A stretch of 64,000 nucleotides of DNA from a bacterium. GTDB lineage: Bacteria; Patescibacteriota; Minisyncoccia; Phycocordibacterales; UBA12088. The DNA lies in NCBI GenBank assembly GCA_003252295.1, contig QKEV01000013.1, positions 25,920-89,919 on the forward strand, read 5' to 3'. The notes under the pieces were generated by a model. That model made no database searches. It saw only the letters and a list, made by a program, of their open reading frames with translations, and was not told the origin of the DNA. The position numbers were made by a program, and so were the translations under genes. Shown piece after piece: positions 39,213 to 47,831 of the stretch (position 1 is the stretch's first letter; each line of letters starts with the position of its first letter).

Positions 39213-40052
39213 TTATCGAATTTCGTATGTTATGTTTACATTTGAGGTTACCTTGTTCTCACCTGGTTGAACAGAAACTGATTCTTCCAGATCACCTGCA
39301 CCTGCTGCCATATCATACATAACAGCTGAACGATACAGTGCTACCGGAGCATAGTCACTACCCTCTGAGAAACCTACGATACGTACGAGTGACACACCAA
39401 GGTCTCCTGCAAGCTTCTCTGCCTTAGCTCGCGCCTCATCAATAGCCTGTTTGCGCGCATCCTCACGTAATGCATCCTCATCAGCTATAGTAAATGTTAG
39501 ACCACTCACACTTGAAACCTCTTGTGAGGTTACCAACTCAAGAAGCTCACCAGCACGGTCAAGGTCCTTCACTTTTACCCTATCAGTAAGCGTAATGGTA
39601 AAGCCCACCTGCTCCCTGTTTTGAGGACAGTTGTAGGTGAGACAGGTTTCTGCTTTCTTCCATTCATACTTAGGACTCAAGTTGTAGTTGATAGTTTTAA
39701 TATCCGCATCCTCAACACCATTCTCAACAAGTGACTTCACGATAGCATTTGCTTTTGTTTTTGCGAGGTCCTGCACCTCTGAAGCAGTATCCGCCTCCTC
39801 CATAACCGTATAGGTAAACTCTGCTGTATCTGGCACAGCAAATACCTCACCTTCGCCAGAAACGGTAATAGCGTTTGATGGTGCGATACCTCCTCCTATA
39901 TAGCGATACTCTTTGAAAGATTTAATGGTCTCTGCAAAGAGAAAAGCTGCCAATAGTATGAGCACTATTGAGAGAGTGGTGTATACACGAGCGCCCGGTG
40001 CAATAGATGAGCAACTTGTCGTGCATTCTGTGGTTTTATCTGTTTGTTCCAT
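39213..40052 (-). CDS. SIMPL/DUF541-domain protein (YggE-like) with N-terminal membrane anchor
   Basis: 279 aa; TM helix, then the SIMPL-like two-lobed pattern. Confidence 0.65.
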   Translation of the reverse strand: MEQTDKTTECTTSCSSIAPGARVYTTLSIVLILLAAFLFAETIKSFKEYRYIGGGIAPSNAITVSGEGEVFAVPDTAEFTYTVMEEADTASEVQDLAKTKANAIVKSLVENGVEDADIKTINYNLSPKYEWKKAETCLTYNCPQNREQVGFTITLTDRVKVKDLDRAGELLELVTSQEVSSVSGLTFTIADEDALREDARKQAIDEARAKAEKLAGDLGVSLVRIVGFSEGSDYAPVALYRSAVMYDMAAGAGDLEESVSVQPGENKVTSNVNITYEIR

Positions 40053-40115
40053 ATAAACTAGCTTTAAATACGTGTAACTTTATACGAGGTGAGTATAGCA
40101 TAAAAAGCAGACTGT

Positions 40116-40883
40116 CTAGAGGTAATGTAATGACACACCATCAAAATCAATAAAATCAAAAAGGTAGAAGAACCAATTTGTTAAACCTGTATTCCCTAAC
40201 ACATAACTCAACCCAACAATCACCAAAATTAGACCACCAACCTTTGAAACGAGATGCAAGTACGGGAGTGTCTTTTCAACCATACAACTTGCCTGACTTA
40301 TAAGTAACGCAAAGAGTATAAGTGGAATACTAAAACCAAGAGCAAAGACACCAAGCAGTAATGTACCCGCCATGACCGTACCACTATTCCCTGCATAGAA
40401 CAGTATGAGTCCATACACTGGTCCAAAGCATGGTGTCCACCCCGTTGCAAAAGCAATACCAAGCAGAAGAGATCCTACTGGTGTAGCTACTGAAAACCAT
40501 TGGGGTAACTTCACTCTTCTTTCTTTACTGAGAAAGTTTGATGTAAATACTCCAAGCATAAAGAGTCCAAACAACATAATGAGTACTCCTCCAAATATTT
40601 TAAACAACCCCCTTGCTTCATATGGAATAACACTACCAAGAAAACCAGCAAGTGTGCCTGAGAGTATGATCACTAGAGAAAAACCAAGGGCAAAGAGTAC
40701 GCTGTGGAGCAATACAAAACGGCGTGCTTTTGCACCAGTTTTTTCATCAGCAATTTCTTTTTCTGTCACCCCACTAATAAAGCCAAGGTAAGCTGGTATA
40801 AGCGGTAGTGTACAAGGGGCAAGAAACATGAAGAGTCCTGCAATAAAAGCTGAAAGGTATGATACTGTCTCAAGTGCTACCAT
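40116..40883 (-). CDS. ccdA: Cytochrome c-type biogenesis protein CcdA / DsbD-family transmembrane thiol-disulfide transporter
   Basis: 255 aa; 6 TM; conserved cysteines in FLAPCTLPLIPAY and GWTPCFGPV. Confidence 0.85.
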   Translation of the reverse strand: MVALETVSYLSAFIAGLFMFLAPCTLPLIPAYLGFISGVTEKEIADEKTGAKARRFVLLHSVLFALGFSLVIILSGTLAGFLGSVIPYEARGLFKIFGGVLIMLFGLFMLGVFTSNFLSKERRVKLPQWFSVATPVGSLLLGIAFATGWTPCFGPVYGLILFYAGNSGTVMAGTLLLGVFALGFSIPLILFALLISQASCMVEKTLPYLHLVSKVGGLILVIVGLSYVLGNTGLTNWFFYLFDFIDFDGVSLHYL

Positions 40884-41419
40884 GTTTGTGTAAGTATGGT
40901 ATCTATCTTACTCTTCATCTCCCCATAGGTCATAGGTCCATGTTGGTGAAAAATGACCTCATCATTCTCATTGAGGAAGAGTGTCTCAGGAACAGCGTAG
41001 CCGTCCATTTTTTGATAGTACTCATCAGTACTATCAAACACATAGGTAATGACATGTTCAAACGACTGAGCATTCAGGTACTCTTTTCCATCTATCGGGT
41101 TAGTGTCACGACAGAGCGCAATAACAGCAACTTCTCCCTTGTAGTCACTTTGAAGCGTATTGAGCGCTTTAAGCTCTTCCGCACTATATGGACTCCAACT
41201 TGCCCACATATTGATCACTTTTACTTCCGCCTGTACAGTATCGAGCGATATTTCGTTGCCATTACCATCAGGTAAAGCAAAAGGATCAGCAATAGTAGGT
41301 GACTGCTGATCCTGTGTAACATGCTCATTCTTATCCTTGTTTGCAACGTAGTAGTACGTACCAGCAATTGCAAGTGTACTCAAAAATACAGTACAAAGAA
41401 CAAGTATGTAACGATTCAT
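40877..41419 (-). CDS. TlpA/ResA-like thioredoxin-fold protein lacking both active-site cysteines (WSPYS instead of WCxxC)
   Basis: 180 aa; signal/anchor; FALPDGNGNEISL...KVINMWASWSPYSAEEL aligns to AhpC/TSA-TlpA FxLxDxxG...WASWCxPC. Codons checked on the minus strand: AGT CCA TAT AGT. Confidence 0.7.
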   Translation of the reverse strand: MNRYILVLCTVFLSTLAIAGTYYYVANKDKNEHVTQDQQSPTIADPFALPDGNGNEISLDTVQAEVKVINMWASWSPYSAEELKALNTLQSDYKGEVAVIALCRDTNPIDGKEYLNAQSFEHVITYVFDSTDEYYQKMDGYAVPETLFLNENDEVIFHQHGPMTYGEMKSKIDTILTQTW

Positions 41420-41424
41420 GCTTC

Positions 41425-42132
41425 TTAATTCTCAAGTACACTGAGCGCTCGATCAATAAACATCCTTACACTATCAATTGGCTGTGCACCAGAAAATTTT
41501 ATAATATCGTTTTTACGGGTAAGTAGCACATTGTAAGGAGTGCCTCTGCCTCCAAGCTCCTGAGATGATAATGTTTGTTCATTGAGTAGTGAATCATACT
41601 TACCAGAAGCCATACATTCATCATAGGTTGCTTCATCTACCCCAAGTTCAAGTGCCTTGTTTTTACTCCATGTAACTGAAACATTTTGTTGGTCTTCAAA
41701 AGCCGCGTTCGTATAGCTCCAGAAAGCATCATTACCCAACTGTTCTGCAATACACTCACTCGCAACCGCTGCCTCCTTCCCTCCTGGTTGGTATGGTGTG
41801 TGACGGTACACCCACGCTAACTTACCTTCATACTCATCAAGAAGTTCAAGTATTGTGGCATGGAAAAGACCACAGTACCCACACCGGTAATCTGAATACT
41901 CAATGAGATACACATCTGGGTTTTCCGCACCAAGGATATGATCACGCTCGGTTATAGCAAGAGTATCTGTTTGTACCTCCGCCACATCCTCCGTTTTTGT
42001 GGTTTTTTGTTGCTCTTCCTGTGGAGCGGTCTTTGTTGCAAAGATTGCAAATGATACACATAACCCAGCAACAATAATTGCACCTGGTACAAGGTATGGG
42101 CTAGTAACTTTTTTTGTTGTTTCTTCTGACAT
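41425..42132 (-). CDS. DsbA-like thioredoxin-domain protein (membrane-anchored thiol:disulfide oxidoreductase)
   Basis: 235 aa; N-terminal TM; CGYC active site in YSDYRCGYCGLFH. Confidence 0.75.
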   Translation of the reverse strand: MSEETTKKVTSPYLVPGAIIVAGLCVSFAIFATKTAPQEEQQKTTKTEDVAEVQTDTLAITERDHILGAENPDVYLIEYSDYRCGYCGLFHATILELLDEYEGKLAWVYRHTPYQPGGKEAAVASECIAEQLGNDAFWSYTNAAFEDQQNVSVTWSKNKALELGVDEATYDECMASGKYDSLLNEQTLSSQELGGRGTPYNVLLTRKNDIIKFSGAQPIDSVRMFIDRALSVLEN

Positions 42133-42158
42133 GGTAAAAATACTTTTGTTAATACTAT

Positions 42159-42407
42159 TTATTCTTCAGTGCCACTTATAGTAGCATTTGAAAGTGATAC
42201 TGCACACACTTCCCCATCTCCTAAACATGTTTCTTTAATTTTTTCGCCCCAATGTGGCCAAATGTAAAAGAAAAATGTGACGAGTAGGAGAAACACAAGA
42301 ATACCGAGCAGCAACCTCTTATGTGCATGTTCATGTGGTTCGTGCTTTGTATCCAATACTGTTTCTTCCTGTAAATTTTCTTCTTCCATTAGGAACCATT
42401 GTACCAT
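42159..42407 (-). CDS. Small membrane protein, first gene of the thiol-disulfide operon
   Basis: 82 aa; one TM helix; His-rich N-terminus; CxxxxxxC near the C-terminus. Confidence 0.3.
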   Translation of the reverse strand: MVQWFLMEEENLQEETVLDTKHEPHEHAHKRLLLGILVFLLLVTFFFYIWPHWGEKIKETCLGDGEVCAVSLSNATISGTEE

Positions 42408-42832
42408 GTAAGAATATACGGTATTACACGTCTGTAACTTTGATGAAGCACATCATTGCAACAAACATTGTAACCGCGATACTAGGATTTTCCCTTATCG
42501 CTGTTGTTGTGCTCCATTTTTCAACAATATAAGATAAGAAGAAGGAAATAAAAAAAGACCTCTTGCTGACTATAGGGGTCTTTTTGTTTCAGAATGATAG
42601 GCCTGTTTTAATAGCGTATATTCTTTTACTAAAAATTAATTCTTAAGGTAAAAATCTTTGTTTCCGTATACAAAAATGGGACAACGTTGTAGTTACGTTG
42701 TCCCAAGGGCGATGATGGCTACCGGTTGCCATTGTTGGGGTTGTAGTTAGCGCTACTTAAAGTGCTCAGAGCTATACTCCGCTCCAGACCCGACAGGTAT
42801 AAACCCCAAATCACCTAACACCAGATACTACA

Positions 42833-43057
42833 CTACATTCTCAACAAATCAATTTTTTCAAACCGCTTTACCATCTTTCCATCTATTTCTTTTTCATCAA
42901 AAAACATATCCTTGGGTCGCACCCACATACCCTCTTCTCCGTAGAGTGCTTTGTACAGAATCAATTCTTCAAGTGTTTCTGAATGCTTCACCAAACCCAA
43001 CACCTCATACTCACCGCCTTTAAAATGTCTGTATTTTCCTAGTAGATCTGAATCCAT
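42833..43057 (-). CDS. DUF1653-family small protein
   Basis: 74 aa; YRHFKGGEY...HSETLEELILYKALY...WVRP pattern. Confidence 0.6.
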   Translation of the reverse strand: MDSDLLGKYRHFKGGEYEVLGLVKHSETLEELILYKALYGEEGMWVRPKDMFFDEKEIDGKMVKRFEKIDLLRM

Positions 43058-43155
43058 AAAACCTTCTTTAAGTTATATGTAAGCAGTATAGCAAGAATAT
43101 GTTGCTAGGGTCTTGAAAAAACAACCTGTTTGTGTCACAATTGCGCAACATGTAT

Positions 43156-43230
43156 GGTGGCTGTAGCTCAGTTGGTAGAGCTCTCGGTTGTGGTCCGAGC
43201 GGTCGCAGGTTCGAACCCTGTCAGCCACCC
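43156..43230 (+). tRNA. tRNA-His (anticodon GTG) with encoded G-1; no encoded CCA
   Basis: Cloverleaf folded by hand: 8-bp acceptor including G-1, D arm GCTC/GAGC, anticodon stem CTCGG/CCGAG with loop TTGTGGT, T loop TTCGAAC. Confidence 0.9.
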
Positions 43231-43237
43231 AGTGATG

Positions 43238-43270
43238 AAAAAGAACTCCTTACATAAGGAGTTCTTTTTT
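43238..43270 (+). terminator. Rho-independent terminator after tRNA-His
   Basis: aagaactcctta-cat-aaggagttctt followed by TTTTTTG. Confidence 0.7.
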
Positions 43271-43370
43271 GTCACTATGGTGTTTTACTGTCTGGGTTCG
43301 AACCGTAGGACTAACGTTTACACAGAGCGAAGCGACAATGTAAACGTTGACCTCGACCGTAGGGAGAGGC

Positions 43371-43388
43371 GAACCCTGTCAGCCACCA
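43371..43388 (+). repeat. Displaced direct copy of the tRNA-His 3' end (cgaaccctgtcagccacc), 140 nt downstream of the gene
   Basis: 18/18 nt identity to 43212..43229. Confidence 0.7.
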
Positions 43389-43393
43389 ACACC

Positions 43394-43575
43394 AAAGAGG
43401 TGCAATGCTTATCGCATTACACCTCTTGGTATTACTGGTCACCCGTCATTAAATATTATATTTGTTTACTGTTGGAGGACTTTCACTGCTCACTCTCCGC
43501 CAACTGGCGGATCGTTGCGCTCACGAAACCCACAGTTTCGTGTACTTCCTCCACGGGGAAACACCCAGTTTCCCC
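43394..43575 (+). other. Hairpin-rich non-coding segment between tRNA-His and tRNA-Leu (candidate small structured RNA / attenuator array)
   Basis: Four hairpins: agaggtgcaatgc-ttatc-gcattacacctct, ccgcc-aact-ggcgg, cacgaaac-ccaca-gtttcgtg, cggggaaac-accca-gtttccccg. The last two share a GAAAC-N5-GTTTC core. Confidence 0.35.
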
Positions 43576-43614
43576 GACCCCCTTTCTGGTTCAAGTCCTC
43601 ACAACACACCAAAA

Positions 43615-43648
43615 CAAAAAAGATCTAGGAAGAACCTAGATCTTTTTT
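43615..43648. terminator. Bidirectional terminator hairpin downstream of tRNA-Leu
   Basis: aaaaaagatctagg-aaga-acctagatctttttt. Confidence 0.65.
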
Positions 43649-43654
43649 GTTTTG

Positions 43655-43738
43655 TGCGCGGAAGAGGACTTGAACCTCCAAGGGATTGCTCCCATACGCC
43701 CCTCAAGCGTACGCGTCTACCAGTTTCGCCACCCGCGC
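43655..43738 (-). tRNA. tRNA-Leu (anticodon GAG), long variable arm
   Basis: Minus-strand sequence GCGCGGG TG GCGAAACTGGTAGACGC G TACGC-TTGAGGG-GCGTA, variable arm, GGAGG-TTCAAGT-CCTCT, TCCGCGC, A. Confidence 0.88.
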
Positions 43739-43830
43739 ATGTGAGTATAGATAATACATAGGTATGACCATTTTGTCTATAAAACAAACAAGCGACCATG
43801 TGGTCGCTTGTTTGAGTAAAATATTTTGCT

Positions 43831-44397
43831 TTATTTCTCTTCGGTTGTTGCTTCAGTAGTTTCTTCTGTTTTTTCTTCCTCTTTAGCTTCCTCAGTAACC
43901 TCCTCTACTGCTTTCGTCTCCTCTGCCTTCTTTGCTTCTTCCTCTGCCTTAGCTTGTTCCGCTTCTGCGGCAGCTGCAGCTTCTTCTGCTTCCTTTGCTA
44001 CACGCTCTTTCTCAGCAATATCAGACTCTGTCGCAATACCCATCATTTTTGCTTTACGCATAGCACGACGGATCTCCTTGGTTGCCTTATCTCGAATGTA
44101 GTAGAGTTTTGCACGACGAGCTTTCGTTCGCTTTACAATCTCAATCTTATCAATCATTGGTGAGTACAATGGGAAGGTCTTCTCAACACCAACGCCACTA
44201 GCCACCTTTCGTACGGTAAATGTAGCTCCTGCTTCCGAGCCATGCTTTACCATAAGCACAATACCCTCAAATACCTGAAGGCGTGTCTTTCCCTTTTCAA
44301 TTATTTTCTGTGTTACTCGCACAGTATCTCCTGACTGAATACCAAGCTCTTTTCGGGCTTGTGTGTTCACAGATGAAATGACGGTTTGTTCACTCAT
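43831..44397 (-). CDS. rplS: 50S ribosomal protein L19 with ~90-aa Ala/Glu/Lys-rich C-terminal extension
   Basis: Start set at MSEQTV (44397). L19 core RLQVFEGIVL...TFTVRK...GVGVEKTFPLYSP...RRAKLYYIR. Tail AKEAEEAAAAAEAEQAKAEEEAKKAEE. Confidence 0.9.
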   Translation of the reverse strand: MSEQTVISSVNTQARKELGIQSGDTVRVTQKIIEKGKTRLQVFEGIVLMVKHGSEAGATFTVRKVASGVGVEKTFPLYSPMIDKIEIVKRTKARRAKLYYIRDKATKEIRRAMRKAKMMGIATESDIAEKERVAKEAEEAAAAAEAEQAKAEEEAKKAEETKAVEEVTEEAKEEEKTEETTEATTEEK

Positions 44398-44452
44398 AGT
44401 GCGGGGTACTGTACCACATGGAGTCACGGCTTGCAATAGGTGTAAAGGGTTT

Positions 44453-45172
44453 CTAATCTCTATTGAGCTGTTTTTCAGCAAAGACAAAGTCCTCCGGAAG
44501 TGGCGCTTCCAAGCTCATGTAGGTACCGTTTGGATGGGTAAAAGAAATAGCGCGTGCATGGAGTGCGAGTCGTGTAAAACCTAAGATAGGGTCTTTTTTA
44601 GGTGCATACCGCTCATCGGCTACCACCGGGTGACCTATCGCCTTTGCATGTACACGTATCTGGTGTGTTCTTCCTGTTTTTGGTTCAAATGCCATGTATG
44701 AGAACCCTTCCCCAACTCCAAGTCGGGTAAAGCGGGTTATGGCTTCACGAACCTTCCCTTTCGGCACATGTGTCGTCCATAGACGAAAGTCCTTTTTTGA
44801 CCTACCTATTGGCTTGTCTATGGTTCCCGTAAGATCTTTTACCTCACCATACACAAACGCATGGTAGGTCTTTTGTGTTTCCCTGTTTTTAAACTGATCT
44901 TTCAAAAACAGGAACGTGTCCTGATTTTTCGCAAGTACGAGAATACCACTCGTGTCCTTATCGAGACGATGCACTACACCTGGACGATCTATTACCTCGC
45001 CATTCTGTAAGCACATCTCTTCTCCCACTCCTATCATGCTTGGATGGTTCTCACGAACCCAGTCAGTGAGCACTGTCTCATCACTTCTCCCATCCTCATG
45101 CACAGCAAGCCCTGCAGGTTTGTTCACCGCCAAGATGTCACCGTCCTCATAAACTACAGTAGGCACAAACAT
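44453..45172 (-). CDS. RluA-family 23S/tRNA pseudouridine synthase
   Basis: 239 aa; catalytic Asp motif HRLDKDTSGILVLAK. Confidence 0.9.
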   Translation of the reverse strand: MFVPTVVYEDGDILAVNKPAGLAVHEDGRSDETVLTDWVRENHPSMIGVGEEMCLQNGEVIDRPGVVHRLDKDTSGILVLAKNQDTFLFLKDQFKNRETQKTYHAFVYGEVKDLTGTIDKPIGRSKKDFRLWTTHVPKGKVREAITRFTRLGVGEGFSYMAFEPKTGRTHQIRVHAKAIGHPVVADERYAPKKDPILGFTRLALHARAISFTHPNGTYMSLEAPLPEDFVFAEKQLNRD

Positions 45173-45173
45173 A

Positions 45174-46226
45174 CTACACGGCTGTTTTTGCCAACGTACC
45201 GGCGGTATCCACCACCTTACGTACTATAGAAGACAATACTTCTTTATCCTCATCATGTATCGAAAGTTTTGTAACACACTTCTTTGCTTGCTCTACATAC
45301 TCCTCTAACTTTCTCTGTGTTGCATCCTTTGCCCCTGCCTCTTCAAAAAGTTGCACCACCTCCCCTACCTCAGAGTCACTGAGCTCTTCTTTTTTTGTAT
45401 AGAGTGATATGAGTTGCTCCCTATTTCCATGTTCCAAGGTGTAGAGCACCGGATATGTTTTCTTCCTTTCATACACATCACCGTACGCTCGTTTTCCTGT
45501 CTCCTCAGTATTACTCCAAACTGACACGAGGTCATCCTTCACCTGGTACGCCATACCGAGTGCCTCTCCATACTCATAGAGTACTGAAACATCTTCCTCG
45601 GGACACTCTGCAGCAACACCTCCTGCTTCGGTTGCAGCACCAACGAGTACCGCAGTCTTCTTTCGTATCATTTCAAAATACCTTTCCTCTGTAACAGAAG
45701 TATCACCAACCTGTTTATCAGTGAGTTCAAAATCAAGGTACTGTCCTTCGCACACCTCGAGAAAATGGTTGTTGAGTGTTTGTGCCGCTTTCGTGCCATG
45801 CACTGAATCAGTATATGCAGCATTGAGTAATGCTCGTGAAGTGAGGAGCAGCTGTGCATCACCGGAATTTATTGCATGAGGAACACCCCAGAGCTTCCAC
45901 ACGGTCTCCTGCCCTCTTCGCATCTCATCATTATCTACAATGTCATCATGCACCAGGGTGAAGTTATGGAACAACTCTATGGCCGCAGCAAGATCAAGTG
46001 CACTCGTTGCACCACCGTACATGTTTGCGGTTAGCAAGAGGAGTGCACTGCGAGTGCGCTTGCCATGCTTTCCTTCTGAAGGAGTTTTGAGATCATTGCT
46101 ATACCCCATGAAGTAACGGAGCATGTGATACATTGGTAAATCTCCTGCTTCCTCAAATAACGTGCGTATTTTTTTGTCTACCAAATCTTTTTCTTTTTGC
46201 AAAGTCTGTATCATGCTATTTTCCAA
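45174..46226 (-). CDS. Polyprenyl (isoprenyl) diphosphate synthase, trans-type
   Basis: 350 aa; FARM LVHDDIVDND; second motif YQVKDDLVS. Confidence 0.85.
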   Translation of the reverse strand: MENSMIQTLQKEKDLVDKKIRTLFEEAGDLPMYHMLRYFMGYSNDLKTPSEGKHGKRTRSALLLLTANMYGGATSALDLAAAIELFHNFTLVHDDIVDNDEMRRGQETVWKLWGVPHAINSGDAQLLLTSRALLNAAYTDSVHGTKAAQTLNNHFLEVCEGQYLDFELTDKQVGDTSVTEERYFEMIRKKTAVLVGAATEAGGVAAECPEEDVSVLYEYGEALGMAYQVKDDLVSVWSNTEETGKRAYGDVYERKKTYPVLYTLEHGNREQLISLYTKKEELSDSEVGEVVQLFEEAGAKDATQRKLEEYVEQAKKCVTKLSIHDEDKEVLSSIVRKVVDTAGTLAKTAV

Positions 46227-46905
46227 AATTCCTTCCTACCCCTTTGTATTCATTAACAATTTCAAGAAACTCTCCTTTCGAAAAAGCCGGCCAGAATGTA
46301 TCTATAAAAAAGAGTTCAGAGTACACACTAGACCAGGTGAGAAAGTTAGAAAGTCGCTTTTTACCACCGGTGCGTATTATCACCTCAGGATCAGGCATAC
46401 AAGCGGTCCAGAGCACCTCACTAAAACCCACCTCATCAACAACATCTTTACCTTCCTTTAAAAGTCTATTTACGCCAGCAAGTATCTCTGCCCTGCCTCC
46501 ATAACTCGCAGCAACCCAAAGATGTTGCACAGCATCAGCTGGGTTTGTGTCATGGAGATTCTGTATGAGCTCTTGTATGTCTTCTGGAAAACGAGCAAGA
46601 TCACCAACAATATGTATGGCACTCCCCTCGTCACGAAGTGTCGCAAGGTCATCCTTCAAAAGCTTTCGCATCATACCCATCAAGTAACCAACCTCATCCT
46701 CCTCGCGTTCCCAGTTTTCAGTTGAAAATGCATACACTACCAAATGGTTGATATTCTCTTCCTTACACCACTCAACTGCTTCCCGAAGTTTCTCATACCC
46801 CTTTCGGTGACCTTCGAGCTTTGGTACACCCTGCTCACGTGCCCAGCGTCGATTACCATCCATGATCATACCCACACAACTGAGGGTGTTATTTGTATCA
46901 CTCAT
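46216..46905 (-). CDS. uppS: Undecaprenyl diphosphate synthase (cis-prenyltransferase)
   Basis: 229 aa; HVGMIMDGNRRWA and ENWER motifs. Confidence 0.9.
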   Translation of the reverse strand: MSDTNNTLSCVGMIMDGNRRWAREQGVPKLEGHRKGYEKLREAVEWCKEENINHLVVYAFSTENWEREEDEVGYLMGMMRKLLKDDLATLRDEGSAIHIVGDLARFPEDIQELIQNLHDTNPADAVQHLWVAASYGGRAEILAGVNRLLKEGKDVVDEVGFSEVLWTACMPDPEVIIRTGGKKRLSNFLTWSSVYSELFFIDTFWPAFSKGEFLEIVNEYKGVGRNFGK

Positions 46906-46913
46906 ACGTTCTT

Positions 46914-47225
46914 TTATCCAATATGTACTACTTTAAAACTGTCGTACTCCCGTGTAGGTTCCCTCCACTCTTCATATAAATTTTTGACACGAGCAGTATC
47001 AGGCCCTACGACAAGATGGTTCCTAAAAACCTTGAGGACACCATACTCTCCTTGAGCAAGTACCTCAACAGAACCGTCCGGAAGATTTGCAACAAAACCA
47101 GTGAGGTTGAGATCGAGAGCCATAGCGTGCGCAAAATTACGATACGAAACACCCTGTACCCGTCCAGTCACAATGCAGTGGAACTCACTTTTTTTATCGC
47201 TCATGTACCCAAAAGAGTACCACAT
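46914..47225 (-). CDS. acyP: Acylphosphatase
   Basis: 103 aa; VxGxVQGVxYR motif in VTGRVQGVSYRNF. Confidence 0.85.
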   Translation of the reverse strand: MWYSFGYMSDKKSEFHCIVTGRVQGVSYRNFAHAMALDLNLTGFVANLPDGSVEVLAQGEYGVLKVFRNHLVVGPDTARVKNLYEEWREPTREYDSFKVVHIG

Positions 47226-47385
47226 TTCCTATTGAAACAACAAAGTGATACATGATTTCAAATGATTTAAATATGGACAAAAAATAAATTTGATTTCTAC
47301 AACACATAACCATGCTTGTAAAGTTTGACTTGGAGCTAACTCCAAGGACTATAGTACTATACGTAATTACATCAAACATAACGTT

Positions 47386-47763
47386 ATGAATATTTCTGAA
47401 GTAAGTAAAAAATACAACATCCCAACCGACACCCTACGGTACTACGAAAAAATGGGGCTCATCCCGAGCGTCAACCGAAGAGAGAGCGGCACAAGGGACT
47501 ACAGTGAAATCGACATCAAATGGGTAGAGTTTATCAAGTGTATGCGCAGTGCCGGTCTACCTGTAAAAGTGCTCAAAGAGTATGTCGACCTGTTCATGCA
47601 GGGAGCAGGGACAAGTAAACGCAGAAAGGAAATACTACTCACCCAGAGAGATGAGCTTGCTGAGAAAATAAAAGAACTAAAGAAAACCCTGAAGATACTC
47701 GATGCAAAAATAGACATCTACGATACTGAGCTACAGCGACACGAGAAAAAACTTAAAAAGTAA
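47386..47763 (+). CDS. MerR-family transcriptional regulator
   Basis: 125 aa; N-terminal wHTH ISEVSKKYNIPTDTLRYYEKMGLI; C-terminal coiled coil. Confidence 0.85.
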   Translation: MNISEVSKKYNIPTDTLRYYEKMGLIPSVNRRESGTRDYSEIDIKWVEFIKCMRSAGLPVKVLKEYVDLFMQGAGTSKRRKEILLTQRDELAEKIKELKKTLKILDAKIDIYDTELQRHEKKLKK

Positions 47764-47831
47764 AACACCATTATTGGTTTCAGTAACATCCACAAATACC
47801 AACTATTACTAGTTAACCAACACAAAAACAA

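Noticed and set aside
43130-43799. ORFs 43130..43639 (+), 43347..43628 (+), 43462..43761 (+), 43599..43799 (-)
   Set aside because: They run straight through tRNA-His, tRNA-Leu and terminator hairpins; non-coding region.
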